From NCBI GenBank assembly GCA_043228905.1, contig JBHGNT010000017.1, positions 248,001 to 312,000 of the forward strand: DNA of 64,000 nt. The letters run 5' to 3'. The position numbers were made by a program, and so were the translations under genes. The stretch is from Azolla caroliniana. Its lineage: Eukaryota; Plantae; Polypodiophyta. A model generated the notes under the pieces. The model saw nothing but the letters and a program-made list of their open reading frames with translations, was not told the origin of the DNA and searched no databases. Below are positions 35,501 through 48,609 of this stretch, one piece after another; positions within the stretch are counted from its first letter, which is position 1; each line of letters opens with the position of its first letter.

Positions 35501-38500
35501 ACAAACCGGTGTCTGCCAGGCTTCAATGCACTTATTCAAAAGGTAATACGATGGGAAAAAGATGAGGAGGCCATCAGGAACAATGCGTGCAAAATTCACT
35601 GCAAATAAAAACCATGTTAGTTTTCTCTTTAGTTTCTAAAATTTAAGCACTAAAAACGAAAATCAATCCCCTCCATGTGTCACAGATCAGTGTCTCTGAG
35701 GCTGTAGAGCTTCATGCACAAGTAATGTCAGGCAAGTGTGTTCCAACTTAGCAATGGCCTCATTTTATACCTATTGTATTCCCAAGATCAACCTTATAGT
35801 CCAAGGTATCTCGCGTTCGATATGAGGAGTTTAGGGCTCGTCCAGATGGTCCGGTAGACACCACTCCCACCCAAATTTGGTCATGTCCAATAACATGAGG
35901 GTTCTCCAAGCGTACATTAAATGGCCTAGTCACATATTTAAAGGCAACTTAAATTTCCTTTGATACAGATTGTCATCAATAACCACTGAAGAAAGTTAGA
36001 TCATACAGTTTCAGTTCAAGGGCAAATGAATCAAGAGGTGCCAATGTCCCAGATGTTAAAATTATAGAGCGAACACCAAGTTGGGAAAATTCTTCCATAG
36101 CAAATCCTGGATTGAAACACCACCAACTCAATGTCCGACCTTTTGACCCTGCATTATGCATTTGATTTAGATTAGTCGACTGTAACATTGAAAAGAGACA
36201 AAAGAATGCAATAAGTTGGACATTTTGCATTGGATAAGTTTGACACACCTTTGTGTTGACTTCTATCTAATTCTTGATTGTAAGGCTCATGAACATGAAA
36301 CTGGAACAAAATTAAAAGTATACATATGAACGCCTTCAGAAAAAAATATTATTATGTTAAGGAAGAGAGCAAGATGATGAGAAATACATTTGGTACACCT
36401 AACGAGGTATCACTAACCCGATAACAACTTGCATGCGATTTATCTTTTCCCCGAAATATAACACGTAAGGCATCTCTCAATGCTTGGAGACGGCAGGCAT
36501 TACCAAGCCTTTTCTGTGGCTTAACAGATCCCAAATCTGCATTGCTCCAAAGAAACAAATTATAAACACTTCTTATTTCATTCATAATAATAGTGAAGTA
36601 AGATCACATAAAGTACCATCTTCCAGTAAATTCATAGCATGGTCAATAGTGTCAAGCAACATATTGACTGTATCCTGATTGATTTTTATGTCAGCAAGAA
36701 AATCATAAATGTAAGGCCCAGGTCGTGTAAACCCAGCTTCTGCTGTGAGAGATAAATCGTTGATTCTTTTTTCCAGCTCAATCAAGAGTGCTGCAAAATT
36801 AAGCAGCTACATCAATCTTCTTAAAATTTTCTTAATGCAATATTTGAAATAAGAAGCACCTTTAAGAATAGCAAAGTTTTCAGGATCAACAGATGTGTCA
36901 GATGAATTGTCTCGACCCTTATGGATCAATGCAAGATCCACACACTGCCTCGCTTCCGCAACACACGCAGATAAATGTGATGCTGGTAAGTCAAATGATG
37001 CAGCATCAGCACAGATGCTTTCCTGTATCATAAAATTCATAAGCTACATAAACTAAGAAAAAACAAGGTGTCTTAAGTAGCATCAGACTAGTAATATGTA
37101 ACAAATTATATATCACAAGAATCAGTCCGGTTACCAGGTTGTGAGCCTCGTCGAATATGAGCACAGTATTTTCCCAATGAATTCCTGTTAATGAGTTTCT
37201 ATTTTCTTTGTCAATCAAATAATTGTAAGGAACAAATAGGATGTCAGCAGAATTGTGAAGTTCCCGCGATAGATAGTACGGACACCTGGAAAACTTGACG
37301 CAAAAACATGCTCTCTAAGCTCTTCATAGAATATCATCATGACGGAACTCCTAAAGCATAAATCAATTTATGAAGAGGTTATGTAGAACATACGGTCCTT
37401 GTGTTCTACCAACGTTGACAATATCTTCTATATCAAAAGGCTCTTCACCCATTTGAGGATAAGATTGCAAATATCCTGAATAGAATCATCACAACACAAT
37501 ATACAGATTGTAAGAACTATCCTTCAGTGTACAAGATCCCTCTTTTGCAACTATCATATACTTTAACCCAATAGAACCAGCACCAAGGTTGTTTTAAGCC
37601 TTCAAGAAATGCATTATATATTTTGACTGGATTAAGAATGCAATTTCTAAGATTTCTAAGGCTATAGTTAAATCATGTCATGTACCAGCGACTCTGTTTT
37701 GATGATGGCAAGATCGTGACTTGCACAATGCACGACAAGCCTGGTTTTGAACCCTTCCACGCAATTGCTTGATATCAGAATTTATACACATTTGCTCTCT
37801 AGAGCCCAGAACAACCATCTTAGGCCTGCTAAAGAAGTCCAAATCAAAACTGGAAACAGGGGAAATTTATTTACTGGTGGAAGAAAAAGTTTCTGTTTCA
37901 GATTTTGTCCAAAACCTACAGGGAGCATATTTTCTACAAAGCGATATCGTGAGAATGAATCTACTCGGAACAAAGTATAAAGACCTGTATGAAGTAGACT
38001 TCAATTCACGGATGACTTGTTGCAATTGACTGTGAGTGCGGGATGCATAAATGATGGTCGGAAGCTTCGGCTTGAAAGGTAAATCTGGATCACCCATTTC
38101 ATGAATTGGTTTGAGTATTGTTGGTCCCAAACTCTCTCTCCAAGCCAGAGTAGAACAGAGCAAGCAAAGTGTCTTGCCTGTGCCTGTCGGACTCTCCAAC
38201 AGAGCATTCTGCCTCTGAAATTTACAACAAATTGAATGAACTAAAAATGGCTTCATATATACACAACTTTGAGCAACAGATGTTCCAGATCTGTTATTGT
38301 AATGAAGAATATCTCAACTCAAATTCATTTATGTATGGCATGCATACAATATAGCCCAGAAGTCTCATACACATTCATCTATGTATGATATCGATAATGT
38401 CCCATAACTCATGATCATGAGAGTCCACCCAAGCCAAATTGCTCTATATTTTAAAATATAATGTCCCACACATTCATCTATATATGACAAAGACAATATC

Positions 38501-39062
38501 CCTGAGCTTATGATAATGTAAGTCCATCAAAAAGGTTAACGCTCTATATTTTCTCTTTTGAAGCATAGATAGTCTCATGCATTCTGGTAGATATTACAAA
38601 GACATTACCCCTGAACTCGTGATGATGAGACTCCATCAACATCGCATCAATACAATTTTAAAAAATAATATTTTTTATCTCAAGATAATAAACCTTCATT
38701 TAAATTTGTAGAAACTAATCAGAACCAAATACCCCCAGATTAGATCGTTTTTTATTTTTTCTAAACACCTCCAAACTTCTCATAAGCTAAATTTTCAAAT
38801 ATTGCATGTACAATGACACTTAAACTCTGGACTTCTCCCAACATGAATAAATTATTGAAGTTGTTCCTACATAATGTATGTGTGTATTATATGCATAGAG
38901 GTATGTATATAAATGTATATATAAACTGAGCTAAGTAAGGTAAAGAGAAAGGTTGTATACCTGTTGCAACGCTTCGATTACACGTTCCATGTACACGATC
39001 TGACAGTCGTATGCAGGGAATGGGAAGTTGACATGGATGCCACTGACCCTGTACTCAGGCAT
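17573..39062 (-). CDS. RTEL1: Regulator of telomere elongation helicase 1 (XPD/FANCJ-family Fe-S helicase), 25 exons, ~1067 aa
   Basis: Exons (high to low): 39062-38961, 38214-37985, 37825-37686, 37475-37394, 37285-37135, 37022-36860, 36790-36617, 36536-36418, 36300-36249, 36148-36007, 35925-35771, 35598-35507, 35333-35229, 35087-35019, 34908-34822, 34744-34685, 34604-34489, 32893-32836, 19816-19711, 19152-19063, 18850-18771, 18690-18199, 18070-17925, 17847-17762, 17679-17573. Phases are consistent, total 3204 nt. Motifs: [26 protein letters not shown], Fe-S cysteines ([22 protein letters not shown]), [36 protein letters not shown], and a C-terminal harmonin-homology-like region [20 protein letters not shown]. 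The low-conservation exons at 17573-19152 are less certain. Confidence 0.93.
21933..25694 (-). mobile_element. Ty1/copia deletion derivative (gag/protease missing) with two similar ~455-bp LTRs
   Basis: 5' LTR 25239-25694 (TGTTGGAGGG...TCTCACA on minus). PBS complement GCTCTGATACCA at 25227-25238. Integrase ORF 23982..25001, RT 22742..23827 (YVDD), RNase H 22386..22796. PPT next to the 3' LTR ~21933-22381, whose outer end is eroded. No clean TSD. Confidence 0.9.
25737..26245. mobile_element. hAT-like MITE with ~20-bp TIRs and AAACCG/CGGTTT-rich subterminal repeats
   Basis: AGTAGCAATCGGCAATGGTT versus reverse complement of the right end AGTAGAATTCAGCAATGGTT (17/20). Many ggttt/aaacc(g) motifs. 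Only a degenerate 8-bp TSD (ctggccag/cttgacac around TAG...CTA). Confidence 0.6.
27543..30173 (-). CDS. Copia pol: integrase core, reverse transcriptase, RNase H (876 aa ORF)
   Basis: [29 protein letters not shown] (DDE integrase), [34 protein letters not shown]. The stop codon lies in the first bases of the 3' LTR. Confidence 0.92.
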   Translation of the reverse strand: MMGKHQRSAIPKESQNRAKTPLQLIHIDLSGKMVTPAMGGSLYYMLIVDDFSRKMWVYFLREKAEAFKIFKRWHKFVERESGKLVKELRSDRGGEFLSIEFCEYCKEHGIKRQLTTAYTPQQNGVVERRNRTVVEMARCMLKAQALPDPFWAEAVNTAVYILNRSYTKALQGKTPQEAYSGKKPSVLHFRTFGCMCYAHIPDVSRKKLDAKSKKCIFLGYSEESKAYRLYDPEARKILTSRDVVFDEEQPQLAENNDSQVISSTEEVFYPIPTHYPKKEAEPSDGNGSLVQPMPVPHVKKIPKWAQQLFNDHTPKVEFPETSTDGLRRSRRIQEQGRTSDHIVNMALMVDIIGSVSEPTSVEEAMADPKWKEAMISEYDSIMKNDTWELVERPTKKKVIGTKWVWKVKYKADGSLEKFKARLVAQGYSQIEGFDVQETFAPTARMTTIRMVIALAASRGWPIYQMDVKSAFLNGHLKEEVYVTQPPGFEIPNSENKVCKLKKALYGLKQAPRAWNKRIDSFLRSIDFKQCASDASMYVKMKDGKQVIIIIYVDDLVLTGDHEECIGQTQECLKTEFEMTDLGILHYFLGIEVWQTSVGIFMSQRKYATEILKTFGMMDSKSKSTPMESNCKLSQEDSSPMVDIRKYRQLVGSLIFLCNTRPDICFAVNVVSRFSNKPKETHWKAALRVLKYIVGTLNYGIFYKPTIDQLSGYCDSDWAGDSDSRKSVSGYCFSIGSGAVSWSSKKQPTVALSSTEAEYKAACIAACEVVWLRRILMDVAVPIRTATVLRCDNQSCMAIAKNPVFHARTKHIEIQYHYVRELINDEIVELEYCPTSENAADIFTKALGAEQLQQHLRRLGVGPIPSELNGLIIEGAC
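30181..31614 (-). CDS. Copia gag-protease-(partial GAG-pre-integrase), 477 aa ORF, frameshifted from pol
   Basis: [10 protein letters not shown], zinc knuckle [14 protein letters not shown], protease [11 protein letters not shown], then WHERFGH. Ends at a frameshift within the HHCC domain. Confidence 0.9.
   Translation of the reverse strand: MALSTNVAAAPLRIRPPPLSDGKLDGTNYTLWKFKMSAILDSYELLETIMGPTGGDPEPMATFDPAHPTTSIPPNADLLRAWKRRNADALCTIVTGVCDSVLTLVQHTTRAHEAWSILASQYETRNYTRIQNLENQLAAEKLADGEKVESFVKRIKDLQDQLAAVGVVVSQEDMARRCIRVLPFKYDGIVTALNTQVRPTPLKFDELSAMLLEEELRLKTREEREDSAFVSRTKGEGASNSNNANRIPKKKKFNGSCFYCDKKGHTIKDCRKKMADEKNGSNKTSWREPESANNVVDELELWVATEEVCSSVDTQVVDESWILDSGASRHMTSNRDWYSSWTPLQEPINVVVGNNARCPAKGTGTVSLKATTGGTKHLSQVLYVPDLKKNLLSISALTDKGLDVRFKKSGAEITDSAGKVVGIGVRRNNLYELSAFTISTDHSTSTNTKQWHERFGHLNVAVLKEMKKSNMVVKSCL
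33108..33525 (-). mobile_element. 3'-end fragment of the same RTE/RTE-X-like LINE with a (TTTC)n tail, RTEL1 intron 17
   Basis: Colinear similarity to 20720-20858, 26725-26915 and 32341-32410. An (AAAG)n run at ~33110-33134 marks the tail. Confidence 0.75.
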
Positions 39063-39649
39063 CCCCCCCTCCCTTTCGTACCCTCTTCCTCTGTTGTTCC
39101 TCTGATTCTCCTTCTTACACAACACGCACGTAAGCTGATTCTCTGCTCACACTCCCTGAGTCGGCTTAGCGGGAATGCAAGAAGCGAAGAACGTGTTTCA
39201 AACTCAACTCTCTCGAAATAATCATTCATACTGGTCGACTCTTTAGCCGGACAAGAAGAGTAGACACATGTGTTTCAAACATGTGTTGGTGAGTGGATAT
39301 GTTGTTGCCCTTCTAAGATGCATGATTTCATAGGGCTCCATGTAAAACAAATTCTTACAATCGAGGAGACACGTGGCCATATGTTTTGATCTTTGCTTGT
39401 GACATGACACCTCTACCATCAAGTTTGTCATTATGTTGTCAAATGAATCATGCATCCCTATGATTAGGCTTTTGGTAATGGAAATTACCATGCTTTGTCC
39501 AACCACATGTAGTGGTTGTCTTCCAATAATGTTTTTGCATTGTTGGATTTATCACCTTGGTAGTAAAAAACCTTCCACACTTCTTTGTGATTCCAAAACC
39601 TATGTGTCTCATACCAAAAATACAAGCAAGGTGAAGAGATTAGGACGTT

Positions 39650-40030
39650 AATGAAAGAGAATGCTAAGCTCCAAATTGTTGTCATTGAGAATGAAAGTCT
39701 CAAGAAAGTGGTTGCAAAACTTGAAGATAAGATTCACGAATGTAAGAAAGATTCTTTTGAAACAAATGAGCACCTTAACAAGATTGAGTTAAAGGAAGCA
39801 TTAAAAGAAGAAAAATTGGACACGATCAGGCGAGATGTAAGTGAGATGAAAAATGTATGTACAACGAAGTCATGGGCCGATGTACGTGTTATCAAACTCA
39901 TCTAATATTCATGTGATGCATCAAGAGAAGAATATTTAAAGGATAGATGTCCGAGAATTGAAAGAACGTGAACGACGATCAAAGAACATTGTCATTTGTG
40001 GTATTAAAGAGGAGAGAGACTGGAAACACC
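39650..40030 (+). mobile_element. LINE ORF1-like remnant
   Basis: Coiled-coil-like ORF 39651..39905 ending KSWADV, followed in another frame by ELKERERRSKNIVICGIKEE. This motif is typical of non-LTR ORF1 proteins. Confidence 0.55.
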
Positions 40031-40089
40031 TACATCCCTCAGAAAGGAAGGTCTATCTGACTTAGGGCAAGTACCCTTCTTATTATTTA

Positions 40090-43010
40090 CAAAAATGGCC
40101 TAAACCTAGCGTGTACAAATGGGAGAATGTCAATACGTCCATTAGAAATTCGTATTCGACTAGGAACACACCAAGGGAGTTTGATAGAGGGGGGAGTTAT
40201 GATGCCAGACCAAGTCGCCAAAACAGCCTGATCGAATGCAAGTACTATGGAAAATTCAGCCACTATGAAGAGGAGTGCCGAAAAAAGAAACAAAAGCCAG
40301 CTTCAACCAGTAGACAACTCACAAACTATGCTACGAATTCTGACTATGACGACCATGGCGGAATGTTCATACTGAGACATAAAGCACACTGAATGTGGGC
40401 ACTGAGTCCGACCAACACGTCTGCTCCAGATAATGTATGATTTGTCAACTCTGGAGCATCCAATCACATGATTTCTCACGAAGATAGGTTTCGAGAGTTG
40501 CAAAAGCCCAAGCAACCCATCTATGTCAAAACTGGGGACAACACAACTCACCTCATTTAGCATGTCGGAAATGTCCTCCTTGGGAACGACGGAAAACAAA
40601 CCTACCTTGAGACGTCTTGCATGTCCCAACCATCACAAAAAATCTAGTTTTAGTCAGTCAGATTGTATCTAACAAGACATGCAAGTACGGTTCAATCACG
40701 AAGGTTTCTTTATCAAAAAAGATGGTTGACTTGTTGCTCGGGCTTGAAGAGAAGGTTGAATGTTCACCCTCGATTCGAATGAGGTGAAGTCGGCCATGTT
40801 CATGAAAGAACTCAAAGTCGACACTGACTTGGAAGTGTGGCACAAGAGAATCGGCCACATTAATTTCCAGAAGCTTCAGAACATGAAGGCAAAAGGAGTC
40901 ATCGTCGAACTTTCCGACCTTCATGGAAAAAGGAGACACTACAGTTTGTGAAGCATGTCCATTCGGCAAGCAACGTCGACATCCATTCCCGAAAAATAGG
41001 AATGTGAGTAAAGGAGTCTTGGATGTAGTCCACTCCGACATATGGGGACCGGTTCAGACGGCTACATTCGGTGGATGCCGATATTACATGACGTTCATCG
41101 ACGACTTCTCCAGGCACACCTAGATCTACCCCTGCGACAAAAGAACAAAGTGTTTAGACACTTCCAGACATTTTAAAACTAAGTAAACAAATCAACAGAT
41201 CCGCATGCCTGATGCTTTCGGTCGGACGAAGGAAAAGAGTACTTCTCGGACGAATTTACAACCTATCTCTGAAAGGAAGGAATTCAACAAGAATTTACCT
41301 GTTGACACACACCTCAACAAAACGGAGTAGTCGAAAGGAAAATTTGGCACATAGTGGAGGTGGCAAGAGCAATGATGAATGAGAAAAACCTACCAAAGTC
41401 GTATTGGGCAGAAGCGGAAAACAAAACCATCTACCTAATGAATCAATACACAATGTAGGGAGTGCATGACACCACACCCCATGAGAAGTTTTTCGGGAAG
41501 AAGCCGGGTTTATCCCACGTCAGGATATTCAGCTTCATTGTTTATGTACATATTCCTGACGAGAAGCGACAAAAGCTCGATCCTAAGTCAGAGAAATGTA
41601 TCCTCATAGGGTACTCACTCGAACAAAAGGGGTAGAAACTATGTTATAATCCATCTACCCGAAAAGTTCGAATGAGTCGGGACGTTGTTTTCGATGAGTC
41701 AGCATCATGGTATGAACCATAATCGATTCCAACTTCAACCCCAACCAAATTCGGATGACCAAGAGATAAAAGACGATAGTCAACTGTGGCGTATAACAAA
41801 ACAAAGCTAGATTACAACTAGGCTTAGTGGGCCACAAGAGCCTCTGAGTGACCAAATCACATCTTACCTGAGTCCAAAGATGGACAAAGGGAAGGCCAAA
41901 TTGTCCGAGTACGAAGATCTGGACGACAACAAATCGACTCACTCACTCAATAGTGAGTTCGAAGGCTTTGATGCTCCGACTATGCAGATGAATGGAGTAA
42001 AGAAAACCATAGCTACAAGAAACTCTGTCGCTCCACCCGAGAGAAAAACTCGGTCGGTCGATTCGGCTACGATTACCACATGGCATATCACTATGCCTTT
42101 ATGATGAAGGTGGTGACAGTCCAAGAATCATAATTTTTTTCCAAGGCAACCAAGGATCCACAATGGATCGAATCCATGATGAGGAAATGCATGTGCTATG
42201 TAAGAACGAGACATGGGATCTCGTCCCCCGCTCATCACACAAGTAAGCAATCGGTTGCAGGTGGATCTACAAGGTAAAATATAATGCTGACAACTCAATA
42301 AACCGCTACAAAGAACAACTCAAAGCAAATGGATATGCTCAAACGTACGGAATCGATTATGAGGAGACCTTTGCTCCGATGGCAAAGATGATGATTGTTC
42401 GGATAATCATTGCACTTGCAACTACTAGAGGGTGGCACCTTCATCAAATGGACATGAAGAACGCCTTTCTTCAAGGCGAATTAGAAGTGGAGGTTTTCAT
42501 GATTCAACCACCTTGTTTCAAATCGACCACCCATCCGACCATAGTTTGCCAATTGAGAAGATGTTGTACGGACTCAAGCAAGCATCTCGTGCTTGGCATT
42601 TGAAGATTACTCAGTATCTTCACCAAATCAACTTCCAAATTCGAAATCGGACAACTCCCTTTACGTAAGAAGGGATTCTGAAACCCCTATTGTCATCATC
42701 CTGTACATGGATGATCTGGTCATCCGAGGAGAGAATCTAGCCGACATCAATAATGTAAAATCCCTCCTGTACGGCAAATTCGAAATGAAAGACATGTAGG
42801 AGCTCCATTACTTTCTTAGTATAGAGATAATTCAAACACCAGTCAGGATCATAATCTCCCAACGAGACTACATCCTCAACTTTCTATATAAGTTCGGGAC
42901 GACAAAGTGCAAACCTGTGTCAACCCCTTGCAATCGAAACCTAAAGCTCGATGCCGACTTTGGAACAGAAGAGTGCAAGCCGACTCAATATCCTAAGTTA
43001 GTTGGTATTT
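40090..43010 (+). mobile_element. Heavily degenerate Ty1/copia internal region, no recognisable LTRs
   Basis: Knuckle remnant ECKYYGKFSHYEEEC, protease NSGASNHM (~40447), WHKRIGH..CEACPFGKQ, VHSDIWGP..FIDDFSR, RT LHQMDMKNAFLQG, LYMDDL. Many stops. Confidence 0.88.
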
Positions 43011-43136
43011 AAACCAACTCTTTTGTAACCTAGCTATTGTTGGATTGTTCGATGTATTTTTGTAGTAATTGTTTTCTTGCTAATACAACTTCTTATTCTC
43101 TGTCTACAAGTTCACTCACTCACTCTCTCTCTCTGG

Positions 43137-45135
43137 AGGCAAATGGAAGAACTCGAGGTGCCAAGTGAATATATGGTTGCAATTTCCTGAATATATGTGA
43201 AGGTTATATGTTGTGTGCATATGAGAGATAGACTTTTAGATTTTTTCAATAGCACTATCAGTGTTAAGCAAGGATGCCCACTCTCACCGACACTATTTGG
43301 TCTATGCATTGATGAATTGGAAGAAATGGTTACAAAGTTTGTAAAGGAAGAATGTGTTGAAGAAGTTGCCATTGGGAATATTGTGATTATGCTTTTGCTA
43401 TATGCGGATGATGTTGTGCTTTTTCCAAATACTTTAGGAGATGCACAAAAGCTTATGAAGGCATTGGAAATTTTTTGTATGCATACTAAATTAAGTGTCA
43501 ATAGCTCTAAAACAAAGATTATGCTTGTGAAGAGCCAAAAAAGACATAAACCATGCATTATGTACAACAATGAGCCACTTGAATGTGTGGAAAGCTTCAA
43601 ACTTGGCCTTGAAGTTCCTTCAAATCATAGATGGAATGAATGTGCTACACGCTATTAAGAGGCGGGTTAGTGAGCATACTATGCATTTGAGAACACATGC
43701 AAAGTATTGGGTCTGTATGAAATATCTTTTCGACACTTTGGTGACATTGGTTCTTCTCAATGGGGTGGAAGTATGGGGGGGGTAGCATCCCTAAATCTAC
43801 ATGGAAAGAGTTTGAAAATGTCAAAAACCATTTTCTTACAAAGTGTCAACAAGTTAAGAAACAAATGCCCTACACCCTCCTCCTCCTTGAGACGGGATTG
43901 CTTCCCATTCAGATCATGACCATGGAAAGGGTTGATAAATACATGCTTAAGGTTCAAAAAAGTCCCTCTCATCGACTTCCTAGAATTGCATGGGAAGCAA
44001 GCAAAAAGACGCATAAAAGCAATTTTTTGTGTTTCGTTTGGATGCAAGATATGGAAAAATGGTTTGGTAGATGGGATGCAAGACACTTGTTTCATCATGC
44101 ATCACTAGATTCCTCTGTAAATGAGACCTTTTTGCAACACCAATGTATCATGACATGGGACAAATGTGTAGGTTCATGCTTCACACATTCTACTACACAT
44201 TTTGCATCTAACTACAAAACCATATTATTCACAAAACGGGGAAACCGTACACATCAATACATGTTAGAACCCATCCTGTTATCTGCCATTCGAACCATTG
44301 CTTCCATGCGACTTAGCTCGCATGCATTGTGATGTGAGATGGGGCGTTGGGGCACAAGTGATGAGAGTGGCTGGCTATGCACACTTTGCACTAAACAAGT
44401 TCGAGAGTGTGAGTATCATAGTTTCATACAATGCTCTCTCTACCTTTGATTATATTTGACCATGCTTTCCACATATCTTCGACCAAGCCCGATCCTTGCA
44501 CAAATTTCTCTCAAAAACACAATGTGCACTCTCAATTGCAACATTCATTGGTAAAGTTCTTGAACATCGAGAGTCGCTACTCACTTTCACATGTATCACG
44601 TTGTCGCGGAAATCCGCGCGTGCGTGTAGGATCCTAGGCGGGACCACCGGGGTCTTGGACCGGGGAGAGATGGGTTTCCGGAAGACCAAGTTCTCCGGAA
44701 CCAGATATGCCAACGTGACACCGATTGGAACGGTTCCCGATGCGAGCTGGAGACAACCGTACCAGACAGACCCGAACACGTTCCAGAAGCGACCGGAATG
44801 TAGACAGGGAGAGCACGCGCGTGCACACACACACTGGCTCGATTTCAATGTGGGATAAATATCCCCCCTTTCGAGGGATATTCTGTAACCCAATTTCAAC
44901 ACAATTAATTCCATTATTTCCCACGCATTACAATACAGGCTAGTGCACTTAAGGCACCAACTAATTATGTATAATCTTTACAAGAATGAGTGCACGTGGA
45001 GCACTTCGCCGATTTCGCCAAACGTCTCAATTTTCTCATTATGGCCGGAAATCTTCACGACAACGTGAAATGTAATATTTTTTTGTCTCATAGGTCATAT
45101 TTGACTTCCGAAAATGATGATAGAATCTATCTATC
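43137..45135 (+). mobile_element. 5'-truncated RTE/RTE-X-like LINE (RT C-terminal half, CCHC region, 3' end)
   Basis: VKQGCPLSPTLFGLCIDE, LLYADDVV, VNSSKTKIM, later RLSSHAL and a C-x2-C..E.EYH...C region at ~44375-44435. The 3' end ataggtcatatttgacttccgaaa resembles the other LINE ends. Confidence 0.85.
44602..45062. mobile_element. 461-bp non-coding TGTCG...CGACA element with a perfect ACGT target-site duplication
   Basis: ACGT (44598-44601) | TGTCGCGGAAAT ... ATCTTCACGACA | ACGT (45063-45066). Short imperfect terminal inverted repeats. The interior is GC/CpG-rich, unlike the flanking LINE. Confidence 0.82.
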
Positions 45136-45143
45136 TCTGTTTG

Positions 45144-45147
<4 letters not shown>

Positions 45148-45194
<47 letters not shown>
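45148..45194. repeat. (CA)n microsatellite
   Basis: Visible directly, just after the LINE 3' end. Confidence 0.97.
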
Positions 45195-45198
<4 letters not shown>

Positions 45199-45287
45199 TT
45201 CCTTCCGCTACACTAGATCACCTAGACTCTCCATTCCTTTATACTCTCCAACAATCTTTTGCACAAATTGATCCCTTAACCCTTTTG

Positions 45288-45640
45288 TTGACAATGCGGA
45301 GCTTTATTTTCCTTTTAATAACAAAGCTAATCTCGAGTTTTGTAAAACTAATCTTTTTCTCATTTTTTCTCCCTTCACGTATGCTGCATCATGATACCAT
45401 TTGAGAGGTTTCAAGCTCAAACCAAATGGTTTAAGAGATATATACAATGTTAAGACATCATGTCGTGGTTTTATGTTCGGTGTTGACAATGTTGAGCTTT
45501 CTTTTCCTTTTAATAACAAAGTGAATCTTGAGTTTTGTAAAACTAGTATTTTTCTCCATTTTGTCCCTTCGCACATGCCACACCACACCACCGTTTGAGA
45601 GATATTCAAAGTCAAACCAAACGGTTTAAGAGATATACAA
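45288..45640. repeat. Diverged direct duplication (~155-bp copies, period ~195)
   Basis: ttgacaatg..gagcttt..tttccttttaataacaaag...aaaccaaa.ggtttaagagatata occurs at ~45288 and ~45483. Confidence 0.8.
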
Positions 45641-45789
45641 ACTGTTTTAACAAATTAATTTGTGTTTTTCATGGTTTGGTTCTACCTCAAATTGATTTGT
45701 TAAGTGTTAACTAAAACTTGAAAGAATTTAGGATATAACTACATATTGCTTAACTTATGTAACTAATTCTTTTTTTCCCCAAAAAGATA

Positions 45790-47640
45790 CTACATTAGTA
45801 TTAAGAAACACCCTAAAGTTATACATAAAAGATGTACCTTTCGGTAATGAGCCCCTTTCTAAATTCTAATTGTCAGCTTAAAAAAATACTTCGGTGTAGA
45901 ATAGAACCACTCCACCTTATCAGAAATACATCTATAAGATATTCCTTTGTCCTAGATGACATGAAAATCCAATCTTTTGAGCTTCGCCTGTTGCGTATTA
46001 CCTTTTATGTTATCCAAAGAACCCCAGAGATTATGCACAATCTTTGTCCAAAATATCTAAGCAGGTCTTTTAATCACACTTTGGAATATCTTAAAATACC
46101 AGATTCTTACAAAAAGGGCACATATTGTATGCATTCTCCTTTCGCCAACCATTAACTAGCATGGCTCTATGAACCAACAACCAATGGAAACAAAAAAAAT
46201 TCCTATCCATTTTTATGCCCCACAACCATTTCCAAATTTGCTCAAGATGTTGTGGAGAAAGTCTGCTTTGTCTCCAAAAAACATTTACAATCGGTTCTTT
46301 TCATGATCCAACACCAAATATTTTCCTACCAATCTTCACAAAATATTTTCCAAAAAGCACATGTTTATTTGAGGTTGAACCCACACATTCCAATAGAACT
46401 CTTCAATATCCCAAGTTAATTGAGATATTGGTCTTTTTCCATAATCCAAATCCTGAGAAAAGAATTCACCTTTTGTGGATTTGGATCTAAGACCCAATTT
46501 GGTCCATCATTTGCAATCACCCTCACTTCTTTATGCCAAAAAGAACTAAACAAATTAGTTTCTGTATGTGTGAAAGTTAACCTACCATCATCCTGTACAT
46601 CAAAGTTCATAAAAGTCTCTTCCCCAATAGAGGCTTTTACCGCAATCAAAACATCCAATGAAGTAAATAAACGTATCCACTTTTGTGTAGAAGATCCAAG
46701 TTGCATTTGAATATTAGAAAGGGTGGCTTGTATTGCAGAATACATTGTCTTTCTACCCCTTGTATTATTAAGCTTTACCATTCTTTGGTCTATAGATGTA
46801 GACAAAAATGTTGTCCAAGCACCTACAGACTATGTTAGTCCTTGATCTAATTATGCCCATGCACATTGAGTATGCATTCCCAACATATGTCCCCTATGGT
46901 CAATGAAATGATTCCAAACCAAGGGTTTTCTACAAAATTCAACTTTTGTTTTGGGAGATCTCTCAACTAAATCGAGAGGGACACCTTTCCATGAATTAAG
47001 AATAGATTGAGCAAATTTGTCTTCCCATTTTGTGGAAATAGGCAACTTGTTGTCTTCCATAAAACTCCATTGAAAACCGGGCCTCCAATCCCACCAATTT
47101 ATGGGACAAAACTATTGCAATTCATATAGCAACAATAGTTTCCATGGTTCTTATCATGGTAACAATCCTCTAATCACCGATTTGGAAAGTAAAGCTTTTG
47201 ACTGTTGTCATAGATCAACAATTCCTAATCCTCCTTGATCCAATGGTTCAACAAATGTGGGTCAGGAGACCTTTGCCCTTGCATGACTTTTGTCATTAGT
47301 AGACCACAAATAATTTTGAATTAATCTTTGTAATTGTCCCATACATGATCTATAAAAACTCCAATACATACCACAGACTAGACAAAAGAACTTGATTGAC
47401 TACTATCATGGTACTCGCAAATGGTAGTTTAGCTTTACTCCAAAATAACAATTTTTTCCTCATTTTCAATATCAGAAGCGCAATCTGAATTTCAGTAGAA
47501 ATATTCAAACCTACTTGGCATCCTAGATACCTAATTGAGCTACCCTTGGGAGTCCATCGGAAATATGAATGTGGAAACCATTGTGGAGCGAAGTCTGATG
47601 CACCCAAAAACCCACTAATTAATTCCAATCAATTGATGCA
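45790..47640 (-). mobile_element. Degenerate L1-clade LINE ORF2 C-terminal remnant
   Basis: IRYLGCQVG...KMRKKLLFWSKAKLPFASTMIVVNQVLLSSLWY, a GGLG motif at ~47222-47235 and Trp-rich downstream ORF fragments typical of plant L1. Confidence 0.72.
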
Positions 47641-48609
47641 CATGAAGCCATACAAATTCATATATTTAATAAACATTTTAAAAGTGCATGCATGAACTGT
47701 TAAGCTACGAATTCATAGTTCAACTTAAATTGAACGGTTACCAATTCCTAAATGCACAATCACATCAATTGTTTTAGATTTCTTCTTCACTAGCAACTCA
47801 CAATATGGTCTATGATGATTTTTACCATGGAATATGTTACGTCAATTGTTTTAGATTTGTCATACACTAACAAATGAACATAGTCTATGTTGGAAGGAAT
47901 GTAACAATATTACTCATTTATGGGTTTTTAAAAAAAGAAAGTTCTTATGGAGCCTTAATCTATGGGTGAAAGCTTAATCTAAAATGTATGCATGAGATGC
48001 TCCTAAAAAGACTATTCAATTCAACATTCTCTCTACTAATATGGTGGGCCTTGTGGCTTATCTAGTCTACATTCAAGATACTGAAATCAATCATGAGAGA
48101 CCAATCACAACCAGCAACATCATAGTCATATACACATTAATCTCAAAGAATAGTTGGAAGATCCCAAAGTGTCTAAGATATTCATGCATGGTCCTTTGTT
48201 GCTTAACCAATATTGCAAAGGATCAATACAGTGTGTTCTATTGATGTTTAAATACTGTGAAGTTACATAAAGGTAAATTCATATCTCACATGTCGATTGC
48301 ATTCTGAATATGTAGTAAACACGATACAATGTGGAAAAGGTTCAGCTGCTTTTGAAAATTTGAAGCATGACGCTTCTTGCAGCAAGGATTAAAATGTTAT
48401 CAAACTCGTATCTATAGATACTTGAAACCTCAGAACACAGAATATGTACATCCAAAAGAGAATAGTTGGAAGTCGACACTATATGCCAATGAAACCAACT
48501 TCATAAAAAATATGTCATCCAAATATAAGAGCTAAACATTGCTGAATACATCATTCCTCAAATGGTCCTTCTCATGCTTAAAACGATCTATTTGCTCAAC
48601 AAATATCAC

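Noticed and set aside
44450-44943. Several overlapping ORFs on both strands as a compact novel gene
   Set aside because: They result from the GC-rich 461-bp insertion, cross its boundary into the LINE and show no protein motif.
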